Below, piece after piece: positions 28,649-38,327 of a DNA stretch of 64,000 nucleotides (its first letter is position 1; the number at the start of each line of letters is the position of its first letter). The position numbers and the translations under genes were made by a program. The notes beneath the pieces are model-generated. The model worked only from the letters and a program-made list of their open reading frames with translations. It ran no database searches and was not told the DNA's origin. Source of the DNA: a virus (Duplodnaviria; Caudoviricetes); the IMG/VR virus record IMGVR_UViG_2885360797_000005; one strand, 5' to 3'.

Positions 28649-29527
28649 ATGACATCAAGAAAGAATAGCGATGAACACTATGTCATCGATTTATGCGATG
28701 AAGTTCTTGGTTTAAAAGCATCAAGGCAGCAGACTTTTGACTTTCTGCGTGGCGATGGGAATCCCGGAAAGAAACTTCCTGTTGATGCGTATTATCCCCA
28801 ATTAAAACTCGTTGTAGAATATAAGGAGCGGCAACACACAGAATCGGTGGCTTTCTTCAACAAGAAAACCACTGTGAGTGGTGTATGTCGCGACGAACAG
28901 CGACGTATTTATGACCAGCGACGCAGGGACGTTCTGCCCAAGCACGGTATTAAACTGATTGAAATATCATACACTGACTTTAAGTATGACAACCATAAAC
29001 GCCTCATTCGTAATCGACAAGCAGACATGGCTGAAATACGAAGAATACTTTCAAAGACTCAAAATGAAAATCAAAAAGTTGAACATAAAAATACAGATAA
29101 GCAGACAAAAAAAGATGAAAGAAACAATCTAAGGAGTAAAACACCTGTAAAAGATGGAAGACATACTTGGGTTTACTCTGCATATAGTAAGTTTGGCTGC
29201 CTGTTTATATTGGCAGTTGTCTTTTGTACACTATTGATTTCATCTTATCTCACTATATCTGTTTTCGATTTTAACGAAGGTTTATCATTAATAATTATGT
29301 TTTTCTCTTTATTTGTAGTATCATTCATTTTTCATCACTACACAACAGGGGTGGATGAAAAGTTGGATAAGGAAAAATATAAAAGAAAAGAAGTATCTTC
29401 TATTTATAGTAGTACGAACCATAATCCTGTCTGCTGTCCCCAATGTGGAAGTCATACTATAGGTCTGTCAGATAATGGAGGATTCGTCTGTATAGACTGT
29501 GGGGTGCAGTGGTATCAAACATATTAA
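28649..29527 (+). CDS. Putative Vsr/PD-(D/E)XK-like nuclease domain + two TM helices + C-terminal zinc ribbon
   Basis: LPVDAYY...VVEYKERQH; two hydrophobic segments; CPQC...CIDC. Confidence 0.6.
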   Translation: MTSRKNSDEHYVIDLCDEVLGLKASRQQTFDFLRGDGNPGKKLPVDAYYPQLKLVVEYKERQHTESVAFFNKKTTVSGVCRDEQRRIYDQRRRDVLPKHGIKLIEISYTDFKYDNHKRLIRNRQADMAEIRRILSKTQNENQKVEHKNTDKQTKKDERNNLRSKTPVKDGRHTWVYSAYSKFGCLFILAVVFCTLLISSYLTISVFDFNEGLSLIIMFFSLFVVSFIFHHYTTGVDEKLDKEKYKRKEVSSIYSSTNHNPVCCPQCGSHTIGLSDNGGFVCIDCGVQWYQTY

Positions 29528-29659
29528 CTATCATAGAAGAACTGTTTCGGGATTGTGGAGGGAGTCCGTTCCTTATCCAATTATGCCTCAAAATCATAAA
29601 TTTTCCACAAAAAAGTTTACCAGACAGCGATAATTACAGAACATTATAAAAATAAGGTC

Positions 29660-30805
29660 ATGAGTACAGGAAAAGAAAAATGCGAAATGCTAAAAGCAAT
29701 CAGAAAACAGATTGCAGAACGATACAACTTAGAGTACACACCATCAGAATGCACTCACAAAGGAAATTGCCTTGGTACATGCCCTAAATGCGATGCCGAA
29801 CTCCGTGACCTTCAAGAACAGTTAGAACGAAGAGGAATAACGGATATTGATTGGAATGTGGAAATTCCCGAAGAGGAAAGTAGTGTAGATCCAGAGGATT
29901 CTGCCCGCTCTATTCTGCAAGGTGATGTTGAATCACCGAAAGAGCCTGAATTGATAAAAGTAACAATGGGGATGCCCGCTCCTCCATACCTATATAGAGA
30001 TAAAAAACGCGTTCTCTACAAGGAGTGTCAGGTAGCAGGTATTACGTTCCATAACCTTGAAGAAGTTTGGGATGAGTTATATGAGGGGGCTGAACTTGCA
30101 TTAGTCAGAGAAAAAGACAACAAGCACGACAAATATGCTATTGCCGTAGCCTTGGCCGATGATTATGATGGGGAACCGGATGACTTTGATTTTGACTACA
30201 TCTTGGGATATGTACCTCGGTCGGATAATAAGGATTTGGCTGACATGATGGATATGGGTTGGGCAGAAGCTTTTGAATGTGAGCTTAGTCAGGTCAACGG
30301 TTCTAACCCCTATAAGGGAAGTCTGTGGATGAAGATATACATCGTCAGCAAAGACGAGGAAGAATATGAGAATACAGAACACCTGTTGCATGCCATGGAA
30401 CTGGATGATGAAGCATACGAAGAGTTTACCACTTGCATAGAAAATCATGGCTGTGCTTATTTTAGGTGGGGAGGTTTCCAACCGTGTGAATACCACAATT
30501 TCCCAAAGAAAGGCGATAAAGTTGTATTCATACACAAAGGAGAAAATATCTCAGAATTATATCTAATGTATTGCATAGCTGTAGGCGATGATAATGCAGC
30601 CTACTTCGTAGAGGACAAAACCTCATTACATGCTATTGATGACAGTTGCTATTATGTGTTCACTACCATTCACGGCCCACTAAAGGTAAGCAATAATCAA
30701 ATTTCTTTTCTTGAAGATGAGATTGTTTGCGATATTCAAGCTGATGAATACCTTTCAGAAAATGCTTCGACCAAACTACAACTATTATTTGATAGCAGGA
30801 AATAA
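29660..30805 (+). CDS. Cys-rich N-terminal domain + HIRAN domain protein
   Basis: CEMLKAIR...ECTHKGNCLGTCPKCDAE; VAGITF...LVREKDNKHDKYAIAV...LGYVPR. Confidence 0.78.
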   Translation: MSTGKEKCEMLKAIRKQIAERYNLEYTPSECTHKGNCLGTCPKCDAELRDLQEQLERRGITDIDWNVEIPEEESSVDPEDSARSILQGDVESPKEPELIKVTMGMPAPPYLYRDKKRVLYKECQVAGITFHNLEEVWDELYEGAELALVREKDNKHDKYAIAVALADDYDGEPDDFDFDYILGYVPRSDNKDLADMMDMGWAEAFECELSQVNGSNPYKGSLWMKIYIVSKDEEEYENTEHLLHAMELDDEAYEEFTTCIENHGCAYFRWGGFQPCEYHNFPKKGDKVVFIHKGENISELYLMYCIAVGDDNAAYFVEDKTSLHAIDDSCYYVFTTIHGPLKVSNNQISFLEDEIVCDIQADEYLSENASTKLQLLFDSRK

Positions 30806-30807
30806 AT

Positions 30808-32214
30808 ATGATAGGCACAATTATTGGTGATTTGGCGGCTTGGACGTATGAGAATGAGAGAGAAACATTTTGGAATCAACTCATATCATACAACTATGAT
30901 AAAGTTGAGTTGTCCCTATATGCTCATGCTTATTTGCAAGCAGTCAGCATAAATGTACTTAGTGTACCCAATCAAAATGTCAACATAGTAAGGAATACAG
31001 AATGGTCACCCGAAGAATGGCTAAGAGTTGGCGGACAGTGGTTGATGTGGCAACTTATGTGTGCTTGGAATGACAACTTGGTTTACCCGAATGGTAACGA
31101 GAAACTTCCTTCTGTAGAAAAGGAGGAATACTATGCTCGAATGTTTATGGTAGGACTTATCAGAAAACTCCGACATGGCTACACTAAAAGCGATGCTTAT
31201 CACTCTGACGAAATGTTTGTAGATTTTAGCAAACATTGGAAATGGAAACCTTGGCAAGAATCTATTTCAGAAAAAGATAATTATAGCATCCTTACCTGTG
31301 TGTTTCGTGCTTGGGACTCTTTCTATAGAGGCTTTGATTTCACCTCCTCCATTCATAACGCAATGAAATGGGAAGGAAATAGACATCTTATAGCTATGCT
31401 TACCGCTTCGTTTGCAAGTGCCATGTATGGTTGCCAATACAATCTTATCAAGAAGAAATTTGCGAAGAACGGACAAATAAGCCACTTGTTTGAATTGTAT
31501 TGCTTAGGCGAACATTTTGGCTATCATCATGCCTTATGTCACGAAATGATGGACGAAAACAACGGATTCAGGACATTTTACCCCAAGAATAGAGCTTTAA
31601 CAAACGTGGAACGTCATTTTTGGCAAAGTGTAGCAAACCCTTTTGACCGTCTTATATTTTCAGAATCAGATTATAAAAACATAATGAAGTGCTCACCGAC
31701 GGGATGGGATAACAGATATGGCTTATATTTGGATGATGGATGGTTCTATGTATATAGGAGTGGATGCCTAATAGGACGTTTCATGTTAATAGAAGAAGAT
31801 GGCTATTGGCTGATAAAGAACGTACAATTATCGGGCGAACAACCATGGAGAGAGTTTTGTAATGCCTTATTCTGTGCGTTGACAGAAAGCTGCAACTTAC
31901 GTGGATTTTCAGGAAAATATGAAGATTATGCTTCAATATTCAAGTATTATCAAGGAGAACTGACCTGTCCAGAAAAGTGGAAAAATAACGTATCAGGAAA
32001 GTTTTGGCACGGAGAAATGATGTTCTGCACTAATCATATCAGCATTGAAGAGTGGACGAAAAAAGCCGAGAATGCTCTCAAAAATATGGAACCCGATAAA
32101 CAGAAATACGCAAAATCCATGTCTCTTCGTCAGTTTGGTGTGATATTATTTATTGAAACCCTATATAGTAAATGGTGTTCTTACGATAATATGGATTGGA
32201 TATATGAGTATTAG
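30808..32214 (+). CDS. Degenerate ADP-ribosylglycohydrolase-like multidomain protein
   Basis: MIGTIIGDLAAWTYE resembles the ARH start MLGAIIGDI.GS.YE; GNRHLIAMLTASFASAMYG aligns with GDSDTIAAI.G.IAEA.YG. Confidence 0.6.
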   Translation: MIGTIIGDLAAWTYENERETFWNQLISYNYDKVELSLYAHAYLQAVSINVLSVPNQNVNIVRNTEWSPEEWLRVGGQWLMWQLMCAWNDNLVYPNGNEKLPSVEKEEYYARMFMVGLIRKLRHGYTKSDAYHSDEMFVDFSKHWKWKPWQESISEKDNYSILTCVFRAWDSFYRGFDFTSSIHNAMKWEGNRHLIAMLTASFASAMYGCQYNLIKKKFAKNGQISHLFELYCLGEHFGYHHALCHEMMDENNGFRTFYPKNRALTNVERHFWQSVANPFDRLIFSESDYKNIMKCSPTGWDNRYGLYLDDGWFYVYRSGCLIGRFMLIEEDGYWLIKNVQLSGEQPWREFCNALFCALTESCNLRGFSGKYEDYASIFKYYQGELTCPEKWKNNVSGKFWHGEMMFCTNHISIEEWTKKAENALKNMEPDKQKYAKSMSLRQFGVILFIETLYSKWCSYDNMDWIYEY

Positions 32215-32308
32215 ATTGATTCTATTCAAATAGATTTCGCTATAAATCACAAAATCACATTCTTAAAAGGCTTATATTTGCAGATTATAAGGAATTAGTT
32301 GATAGCAT

Positions 32309-34537
32309 ATGCAAAAGCTCCGTTGTGTAGTAGAACGAATCACCTACCAAAATCCCGAAAACGGGTATTCGGTGATGAGGGTCAAGGTCAAAGGATACAA
32401 TGACCTTGTAACCCTTGTCGGCAATCTGTTGGAAGTGCCGGCAGGGAGTGTTCTGCTGTGCGAAGGGGATTGGAAAGTGGATAAGCGATACGGCAACCAG
32501 TTTGTAGCGGAGAGTTGGGAAGAGGTCATGCCCGCCACCATCTATGGCATAGAGAAGTACCTGGGCAGCGGACTGGTGAAAGGCATCGGCCCGAAATTCG
32601 CCCAACTTATCGTCAGTCGTTTCGGACTGGAAACCATCGATGTGATTGAAACCGATATTGAACGGCTCCACGAAGTGCCCGGCATCGGCAAGAAACGTGT
32701 GGAGAAGATTGCCGAGAGTTGGGAGAAGCAGAAGGACATCAAGAACGTGATGCTCTTCCTGCAAGGTTATGGAGTCAGTACCGCATACGCTGCCAAAATC
32801 TATCGTCAATACGGAAAAGAAAGCATTGATACCGTCAAGGCCAATCCCTATAAACTGGCAGATGACATCTGGGGCATCGGTTTCAAGACAGCCGACGGCA
32901 TAGCCGCCAAGATGGGTTATGAGAAGAACGACCTTCGTCGTTGCAAGAGCGGCATCACCTACACACTCAGCCACCTTTCCGAAGAAGGACACGTCTATGC
33001 CGAAGAGGAACAACTCCTGAATGCGGCCATCGAACTCTTGAAGGCGGACGAAGAACCCATCCGTCAGGCTATGTCAGAAATGTTGCAGAGTGAAGACCTG
33101 ATACAAGACGGTGACGCACTCTATATGCCACCCTTCTATTATGCAGAAGTAGGAACAGCCAACCGTCTGAGCGGATTATTGAATAATGCGGACGGAAATC
33201 TCTTCCAAAAAGCATTAGACATCGCTGCCATCTCCAAAGCCTCCGGCATAGAGTATGACGAAGTGCAGGTGGAAGCCATCCGTGAAGCAGTCGCCTCCAA
33301 GGTTATGGTGCTGACAGGTGGTCCCGGAACGGGAAAGACCACCACCACACAAGGAATCATCGCAGCCTTGAAGAGCATGGGACTGAGCATCCTGCTTGCC
33401 GCACCTACCGGACGAGCCGCCAAACGAATGAGTGAAGCGACAGGGATGGAGGCAAAGACCATCCACCGCCTATTGGAATACAATCCGAAAGACGGTTACA
33501 AACGCAATGACGAGAACCCGTTGGAAGGGGATGCCCTTATCGTGGACGAATGTTCCATGATAGACATCATTCTGATGAACAACCTGATGAAAGCCTTACC
33601 AACGAATATGCGCCTGGTATTGGTGGGCGACATCGACCAGTTGCCCAGCGTAGGTGCCGGAAACGTACTTCGTAACATCATCGACTCTGAGAGAATACCG
33701 GTCATCCGCCTGACACGCATCTTCCGACAGGCACAGACCAGCCGTATCGTCATGAGTGCCCATGCCATCAACAAGGGACAGTTCCCCGACACCAGCAACG
33801 GCAAGCAGACCGATTTCTTCTTCATGCAGATAGAAGAACCGGAACAGGTGGCGGAAACCATCGTCAAGTTGGTAAAGGAACGATTGCCCAAAGCATACAA
33901 CCGCCCGGCAAGCGACATCCAAGTCCTCACACCTATGCAACGAGGGGTGGTAGGTGCAGCCAATCTGAATATAGCCCTACAAGCCGTTCTGAACACCTCC
34001 CAGTTGGTACTGACCAGAAGTGGTTATTCCTTCCGTCAAGGCGACAGAGTGATGCAACTCCGCAACAATTATGACAAGGATGTGTTCAACGGTGACCTGG
34101 GATATGTAGAGAAAGTGAACTTGGAAGATAGAACCCTGCAAGTGGACTTCGATGGCAAGTTAGTGGAATACGAAGTTTCGGAACTGGACGAGCTGACCTT
34201 AGCCTACGCAACAACCATCCACAAGTCGCAAGGCTCGGAATATCCCATCGTGGTGATGCCTGTCCTGATGACGCACTACGTGATGCTCCAACGCAACCTT
34301 ATCTATACAGGTATCACCCGTGCTAAGAAGATTTGTGTACTGGTAGGAACAAAGAAAGCATTGTCTTTCGCCATCCGCAATATGTCGGTGCTGAAACGCA
34401 ACACGAAATTGAAAGAACGGCTGAATCCGGCATTAACACAACCCGGCAAAGCCACGTCCCCCAAAGAATATATGCTTCCGACACAAACGGAGTACGGCAT
34501 GGTAGCAGAAGAGAAAACTGAATACGGAAAGAAATAG
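32309..34537 (+). CDS. recD2: RecD2-family SF1B helicase
   Basis: OB-like N-terminus, HhH repeats, GGPGTGKT, APTGRAA, VDECSM, GDIDQL, TIHKSQGSE, YTGITRA. Confidence 0.95.
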   Translation: MQKLRCVVERITYQNPENGYSVMRVKVKGYNDLVTLVGNLLEVPAGSVLLCEGDWKVDKRYGNQFVAESWEEVMPATIYGIEKYLGSGLVKGIGPKFAQLIVSRFGLETIDVIETDIERLHEVPGIGKKRVEKIAESWEKQKDIKNVMLFLQGYGVSTAYAAKIYRQYGKESIDTVKANPYKLADDIWGIGFKTADGIAAKMGYEKNDLRRCKSGITYTLSHLSEEGHVYAEEEQLLNAAIELLKADEEPIRQAMSEMLQSEDLIQDGDALYMPPFYYAEVGTANRLSGLLNNADGNLFQKALDIAAISKASGIEYDEVQVEAIREAVASKVMVLTGGPGTGKTTTTQGIIAALKSMGLSILLAAPTGRAAKRMSEATGMEAKTIHRLLEYNPKDGYKRNDENPLEGDALIVDECSMIDIILMNNLMKALPTNMRLVLVGDIDQLPSVGAGNVLRNIIDSERIPVIRLTRIFRQAQTSRIVMSAHAINKGQFPDTSNGKQTDFFFMQIEEPEQVAETIVKLVKERLPKAYNRPASDIQVLTPMQRGVVGAANLNIALQAVLNTSQLVLTRSGYSFRQGDRVMQLRNNYDKDVFNGDLGYVEKVNLEDRTLQVDFDGKLVEYEVSELDELTLAYATTIHKSQGSEYPIVVMPVLMTHYVMLQRNLIYTGITRAKKICVLVGTKKALSFAIRNMSVLKRNTKLKERLNPALTQPGKATSPKEYMLPTQTEYGMVAEEKTEYGKK

Positions 34538-34571
34538 TATCATCATATTATATTTGCCCCAAAAGTAGATT

Positions 34572-35579
34572 ATGAAACACGCTGAATTTAAGGCTATAGC
34601 CAGACAACATCAAATAGATTTCAAGGTCAATGACCCGGAGATTAACATTGCCGCTGATAGATTTCCTATCCGTACTATTCGGAAGAACGGCAAGAAATAT
34701 AAGATAGAGGTAAAAAGTTCTTTAACTTGGAAGGATTGCCGTGATGAGCATAACCTTTATCGCATTTTCTTCAGCGGATTCCGAAAAGAGATAACGGAAG
34801 AAGTTGACAAAGAAGCTTCTTTGACAAAAGGGCAAATGGTTACAAATCTTTTGCGCAGCGAACACATCCCATACAACGTATTCTTTCCCATGCGACATGA
34901 CCTGGATGGGACAGCCCGCCTGTTCAATCGTATTCTCGGAGAGGAACGAATAGCTACCATCAGCCAGATACTTGTTGAGCATAACCCCGGAGGGCTTAAA
35001 GATGGCACATCCTTTGATGTTTACATCGAATATGCTCCCATGGGAGCAAATCCCGGTGAGAAGGGCGGCATTGGCATTGAGGTGAAATACACGGAAAAGG
35101 AGTATCTTATCAAGCATGGCACGAAAGAATGGGAAGAAACACATAATGCTTCCGGCATTCATCTTGCAGACAATTACAGCAACCCAAGCAATGCCTGCGG
35201 CTGGTTCAAACCGGAGTTTATAGCAGACGTACCGTTTGAAGACAAAGAGAGGATGACATCCCATGTGACAGCCAACCGTTACCGCCAGATATGGCGCAAC
35301 CACATTCTTGGTGCATCCATGATACTCGGATTGTGCGAGAACCAAGATGATAAACTTACGGAGTTTACAAGTCTCACGGTTTATCCCAAAGGAAACGGGC
35401 ATTTCTCGGAAATCTGGGGCGAATACGAATCCAAGCTGACTCCGGCCGGATTGCAAACATTCAAGCACATCACCTACGAAGATCTGTTCCCCTTGATGCA
35501 GGAGTGTCTGAATGAAGCCAACATTCCTAATCTCAATGAGTGGATGGATTACCTTAACAGACGATATATCATAAAATGA
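34572..35579 (+). CDS. PD-(D/E)XK putative restriction endonuclease (PGN_0703-like)
   Basis: NLLRSE...N.F.P, TSFDV, IGIEVKYTE, QIWRNH. Confidence 0.72.
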   Translation: MKHAEFKAIARQHQIDFKVNDPEINIAADRFPIRTIRKNGKKYKIEVKSSLTWKDCRDEHNLYRIFFSGFRKEITEEVDKEASLTKGQMVTNLLRSEHIPYNVFFPMRHDLDGTARLFNRILGEERIATISQILVEHNPGGLKDGTSFDVYIEYAPMGANPGEKGGIGIEVKYTEKEYLIKHGTKEWEETHNASGIHLADNYSNPSNACGWFKPEFIADVPFEDKERMTSHVTANRYRQIWRNHILGASMILGLCENQDDKLTEFTSLTVYPKGNGHFSEIWGEYESKLTPAGLQTFKHITYEDLFPLMQECLNEANIPNLNEWMDYLNRRYIIK

Positions 35580-36169
35580 GAATTTTACACCTATCAGATA
35601 CTCACGGTTGCCATCATCGGCTATACGACTTGCCCGAAGCGGACATTCTTGTCCATTCTGGTGATTTCACTATGTCAGGAAGCGAGAAGGAAGCCCTTGA
35701 CTTCTTGAACTGGTTTTGTGACCTCCCATATCCGCACAAGATATTCATCTGTGGTAACCATGATGAATGTCTGTATGGGGCAAACATCAGTGGCCTTAAC
35801 AACAATGTCCATTATCTATGCAATTCCGGTTTGGAAATTGAAGGTTTGAAGTTCTATGGTGTACCCATGTTCATGAGTGACTGCATCAGTGACCGACAAA
35901 ACCGGAACTATGCCGAAATACCTTCCGATACCGATGTGTTGATAACGCATTGTCCGCCATACGGCATATTAGACTTTGATGATAACATAAACTACGGCTC
36001 GGAAGAATTGTTGCAACGGATTACACAGATTCATCCACGGCTGCACTTGTTTGGGCATATACATATACAACATGGAATTACCCATAATGGCGCAACCACA
36101 TTTTCCAACGGTGCCATTATGAACGTAGATTATTCTCAACTCAATGATGCTAATCTGATAGAGCTATAA
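35576..36169 (+). CDS. Calcineurin-like metallophosphoesterase
   Basis: SDTH, GDFT, GNHD, THCPP, FGHIH; ATGA overlap with the upstream gene. Confidence 0.92.
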   Translation: MRILHLSDTHGCHHRLYDLPEADILVHSGDFTMSGSEKEALDFLNWFCDLPYPHKIFICGNHDECLYGANISGLNNNVHYLCNSGLEIEGLKFYGVPMFMSDCISDRQNRNYAEIPSDTDVLITHCPPYGILDFDDNINYGSEELLQRITQIHPRLHLFGHIHIQHGITHNGATTFSNGAIMNVDYSQLNDANLIEL

Positions 36170-36173
36170 CTCT

Positions 36174-36239
36174 CTTTATATATGTTCAAACTCCGACCCA
36201 CGCCTCACGGCGGAAGTCGGAGTTTGAACATATATAAAG
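36174..36239. terminator. Bidirectional terminator between cargo and backbone
   Basis: Perfect 24-bp inverted repeat CTTTATATATGTTCAAACTCCGAC / GTCGGAGTTTGAACATATATAAAG between convergent genes. Confidence 0.8.
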
Positions 36240-36243
36240 GAAC

Positions 36244-37521
36244 TTATGCTGTTGCCCTTTTTGCCTCCAAGAAGCGGTGGGCATTATCATTCACCAACTT
36301 GATAATCCTATCGTGGTATTCAGTGTTGCTGTTGCAAACTCCACGACTTTGTACTACTTTCCCTTGGCTCAAACTGAACTCCACGGTCTCGATGCGGTTT
36401 CCTTGATGGTCGTGAGCCGATAGAATAACAGAGTCAGTCTTGGCATAGTATTCGCATTGGAAAACACAATGCTTCATCTTGTTACCCTCTTCCTTGTAAG
36501 CCTCCAGCGAATCCAATACGGAAATTTCTATATCTTCATCGCTGATGACAATGCCGAAGAAGCAGGACTTGTTCCTGTAAAACTCGGCTTCGTGTGCCTT
36601 GGCTTTTGCCATCCGCTCCATATCCCTACGCTTTTGCTCAATGGCATCCGCTTTCTTCAACCAATGGTCATGCCCGGTTTTCAAGTTTATCGGACAGATA
36701 TACTTGACATTACGGATGTCCTTACCGCACTTGTCAAGCAAGCGGATGATGTCGCACCAAGTACCGAAGTCCTCAATCCGATAATGATGCCGTGAAGCTA
36801 CTTTGTACGACTGCCAACAGTTATTAAGGTCGAAAGCGTGATAGACAAAATACTCAACCGCCTTGTAGTCTCTCGTTTTCATCATTGTTTCCATCCGGTG
36901 GTCAGATAAGAGAGATTTCATCAGTTTGAGCGGATGGCAATCGGGCAATTTGCCTTTCATTCCGTTCCGTCTCAATTCGGGAAGGGCAGAATAATAAGGA
37001 TAGATATAAGTATCGGATATGACCATATAGATATCAGACAATCTCCTCAACTCTATCGGACTGGCAAAACTAAAGCGGTCTTGATAATAACCTCTGGTTT
37101 TCATTCTTGAAGTAACCGCCACTTGTCCTTTGGCATTGAGCCACAAACGGCATATTTCATAATTATAGAAATCCATCGGTTTCCCTTTGTGGTAAATGAC
37201 CGTCAAAAGGAATACTCGCTGCACTTGCAATCCGTCAATCGCTTCAAGGGTAGAAAAGTAGCTCCTCTCCTGGTACTTGCGCTTCAACGTATCGGTTACT
37301 TGCAAGCGGTGTCCGCAATGAGGACAACGTACAAACTTACCTTTTCCCTCATAATCAAACTTTTCTCCGCAATCGCCACACGTACATTTACGGTTTGATG
37401 TACGGAACGCAATGTGTTTCACGACGTTTCTTATTGCCCACTCCACGGCTTTAGAGCCGATGGCGGTCAGCTTCTCATTGGAAGCTGCCACCAATTTCTC
37501 AAACTTGTTTCTTGGTTTCAT
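36244..37521 (-). CDS. PcfJ-domain protein
   Basis: Zn-finger CGDC...CPHC; EEGNKMKHCV...ETVEFSL...QSRGVCN. Confidence 0.88.
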   Translation of the reverse strand: MKPRNKFEKLVAASNEKLTAIGSKAVEWAIRNVVKHIAFRTSNRKCTCGDCGEKFDYEGKGKFVRCPHCGHRLQVTDTLKRKYQERSYFSTLEAIDGLQVQRVFLLTVIYHKGKPMDFYNYEICRLWLNAKGQVAVTSRMKTRGYYQDRFSFASPIELRRLSDIYMVISDTYIYPYYSALPELRRNGMKGKLPDCHPLKLMKSLLSDHRMETMMKTRDYKAVEYFVYHAFDLNNCWQSYKVASRHHYRIEDFGTWCDIIRLLDKCGKDIRNVKYICPINLKTGHDHWLKKADAIEQKRRDMERMAKAKAHEAEFYRNKSCFFGIVISDEDIEISVLDSLEAYKEEGNKMKHCVFQCEYYAKTDSVILSAHDHQGNRIETVEFSLSQGKVVQSRGVCNSNTEYHDRIIKLVNDNAHRFLEAKRATA

Positions 37522-37525
37522 ACGC

Positions 37526-37948
37526 TTAAAAATCAAATAGTGATAACTCGGTTTGTTGGGGAACTTTGGGTTTGCTTGGCTTGGGTCGGGAGTTTCTGAC
37601 TTGTATCTTGCGAAACTCCTCCTCTTGATAGCGTTTGAGGGCGATGTCCCTTTGTTCAGCCTTTTCCTCCTCTGTCAAGTCTATATGGTGGTTCACTACA
37701 ACATTACAAGATAATGGCTCGCCAATTATCAATGTTGGCTCTTCTGCTGCATGGACTGCCATAGAGAACACCTCCATATCGGAAAAACCGCAACAACCTG
37801 AATGTTGAACTTCATTGAAAATATAAGTTACAATATCATCAATGCTACGTGCTGTAGCTTCATACTTGGCACGAAAAAGTTCATCCTCCTTTGCTCGGTT
37901 ATCAAGGTAGTTTTTGATAATCTCTTTAAATTGCTCTGTTCCTTTCAT
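37526..37948 (-). CDS. PcfK-like protein
   Basis: MKGTEQFKEIIKNYL...SGCCGFSD.EVFSMAVH...LSLFDF. Confidence 0.85.
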   Translation of the reverse strand: MKGTEQFKEIIKNYLDNRAKEDELFRAKYEATARSIDDIVTYIFNEVQHSGCCGFSDMEVFSMAVHAAEEPTLIIGEPLSCNVVVNHHIDLTEEEKAEQRDIALKRYQEEEFRKIQVRNSRPKPSKPKVPQQTELSLFDF

Positions 37949-37978
37949 ATATGTTCGTTTTAAGTTGTTATACATTTA

Positions 37979-38284
37979 CTATCCTATCGGCAACCTCTCT
38001 AAAAGTTCCTCCAATGGGATGGTATTGATGTCCTCACTGCGGAACAACACTTTCCACTCCGGCTTAACCAACAAGCGATGGAAACACTCAACCGAAAAGC
38101 CTTTATTATTAGAGTAGCACTCTATCAAAGCGAAGTTCTTGCCATCCTTGCGGATATGAGCATAATCGGGAGCCATACCGAAAGCGCATCTGCGGATGTC
38201 CTCTCTGTTCCACAACAAGGTCAGTTCGTAAACATTCCCTTTGAGGTTTATCTTTTCCTCTCTGTCTTTAAGTGTGATTGCCAT
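37979..38284 (-). CDS. Hypothetical protein, first gene after hairpin 2
   Basis: ATG at 38284 (MAITLKD...); the longer ORF-track start runs through the hairpin. Confidence 0.65.
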   Translation of the reverse strand: MAITLKDREEKINLKGNVYELTLLWNREDIRRCAFGMAPDYAHIRKDGKNFALIECYSNNKGFSVECFHRLLVKPEWKVLFRSEDINTIPLEELLERLPIG

Positions 38285-38327
38285 ATGTTCTAATTTTTTC
38301 CCTTTTGTTTGAAGCCTTTTGGCTTCT

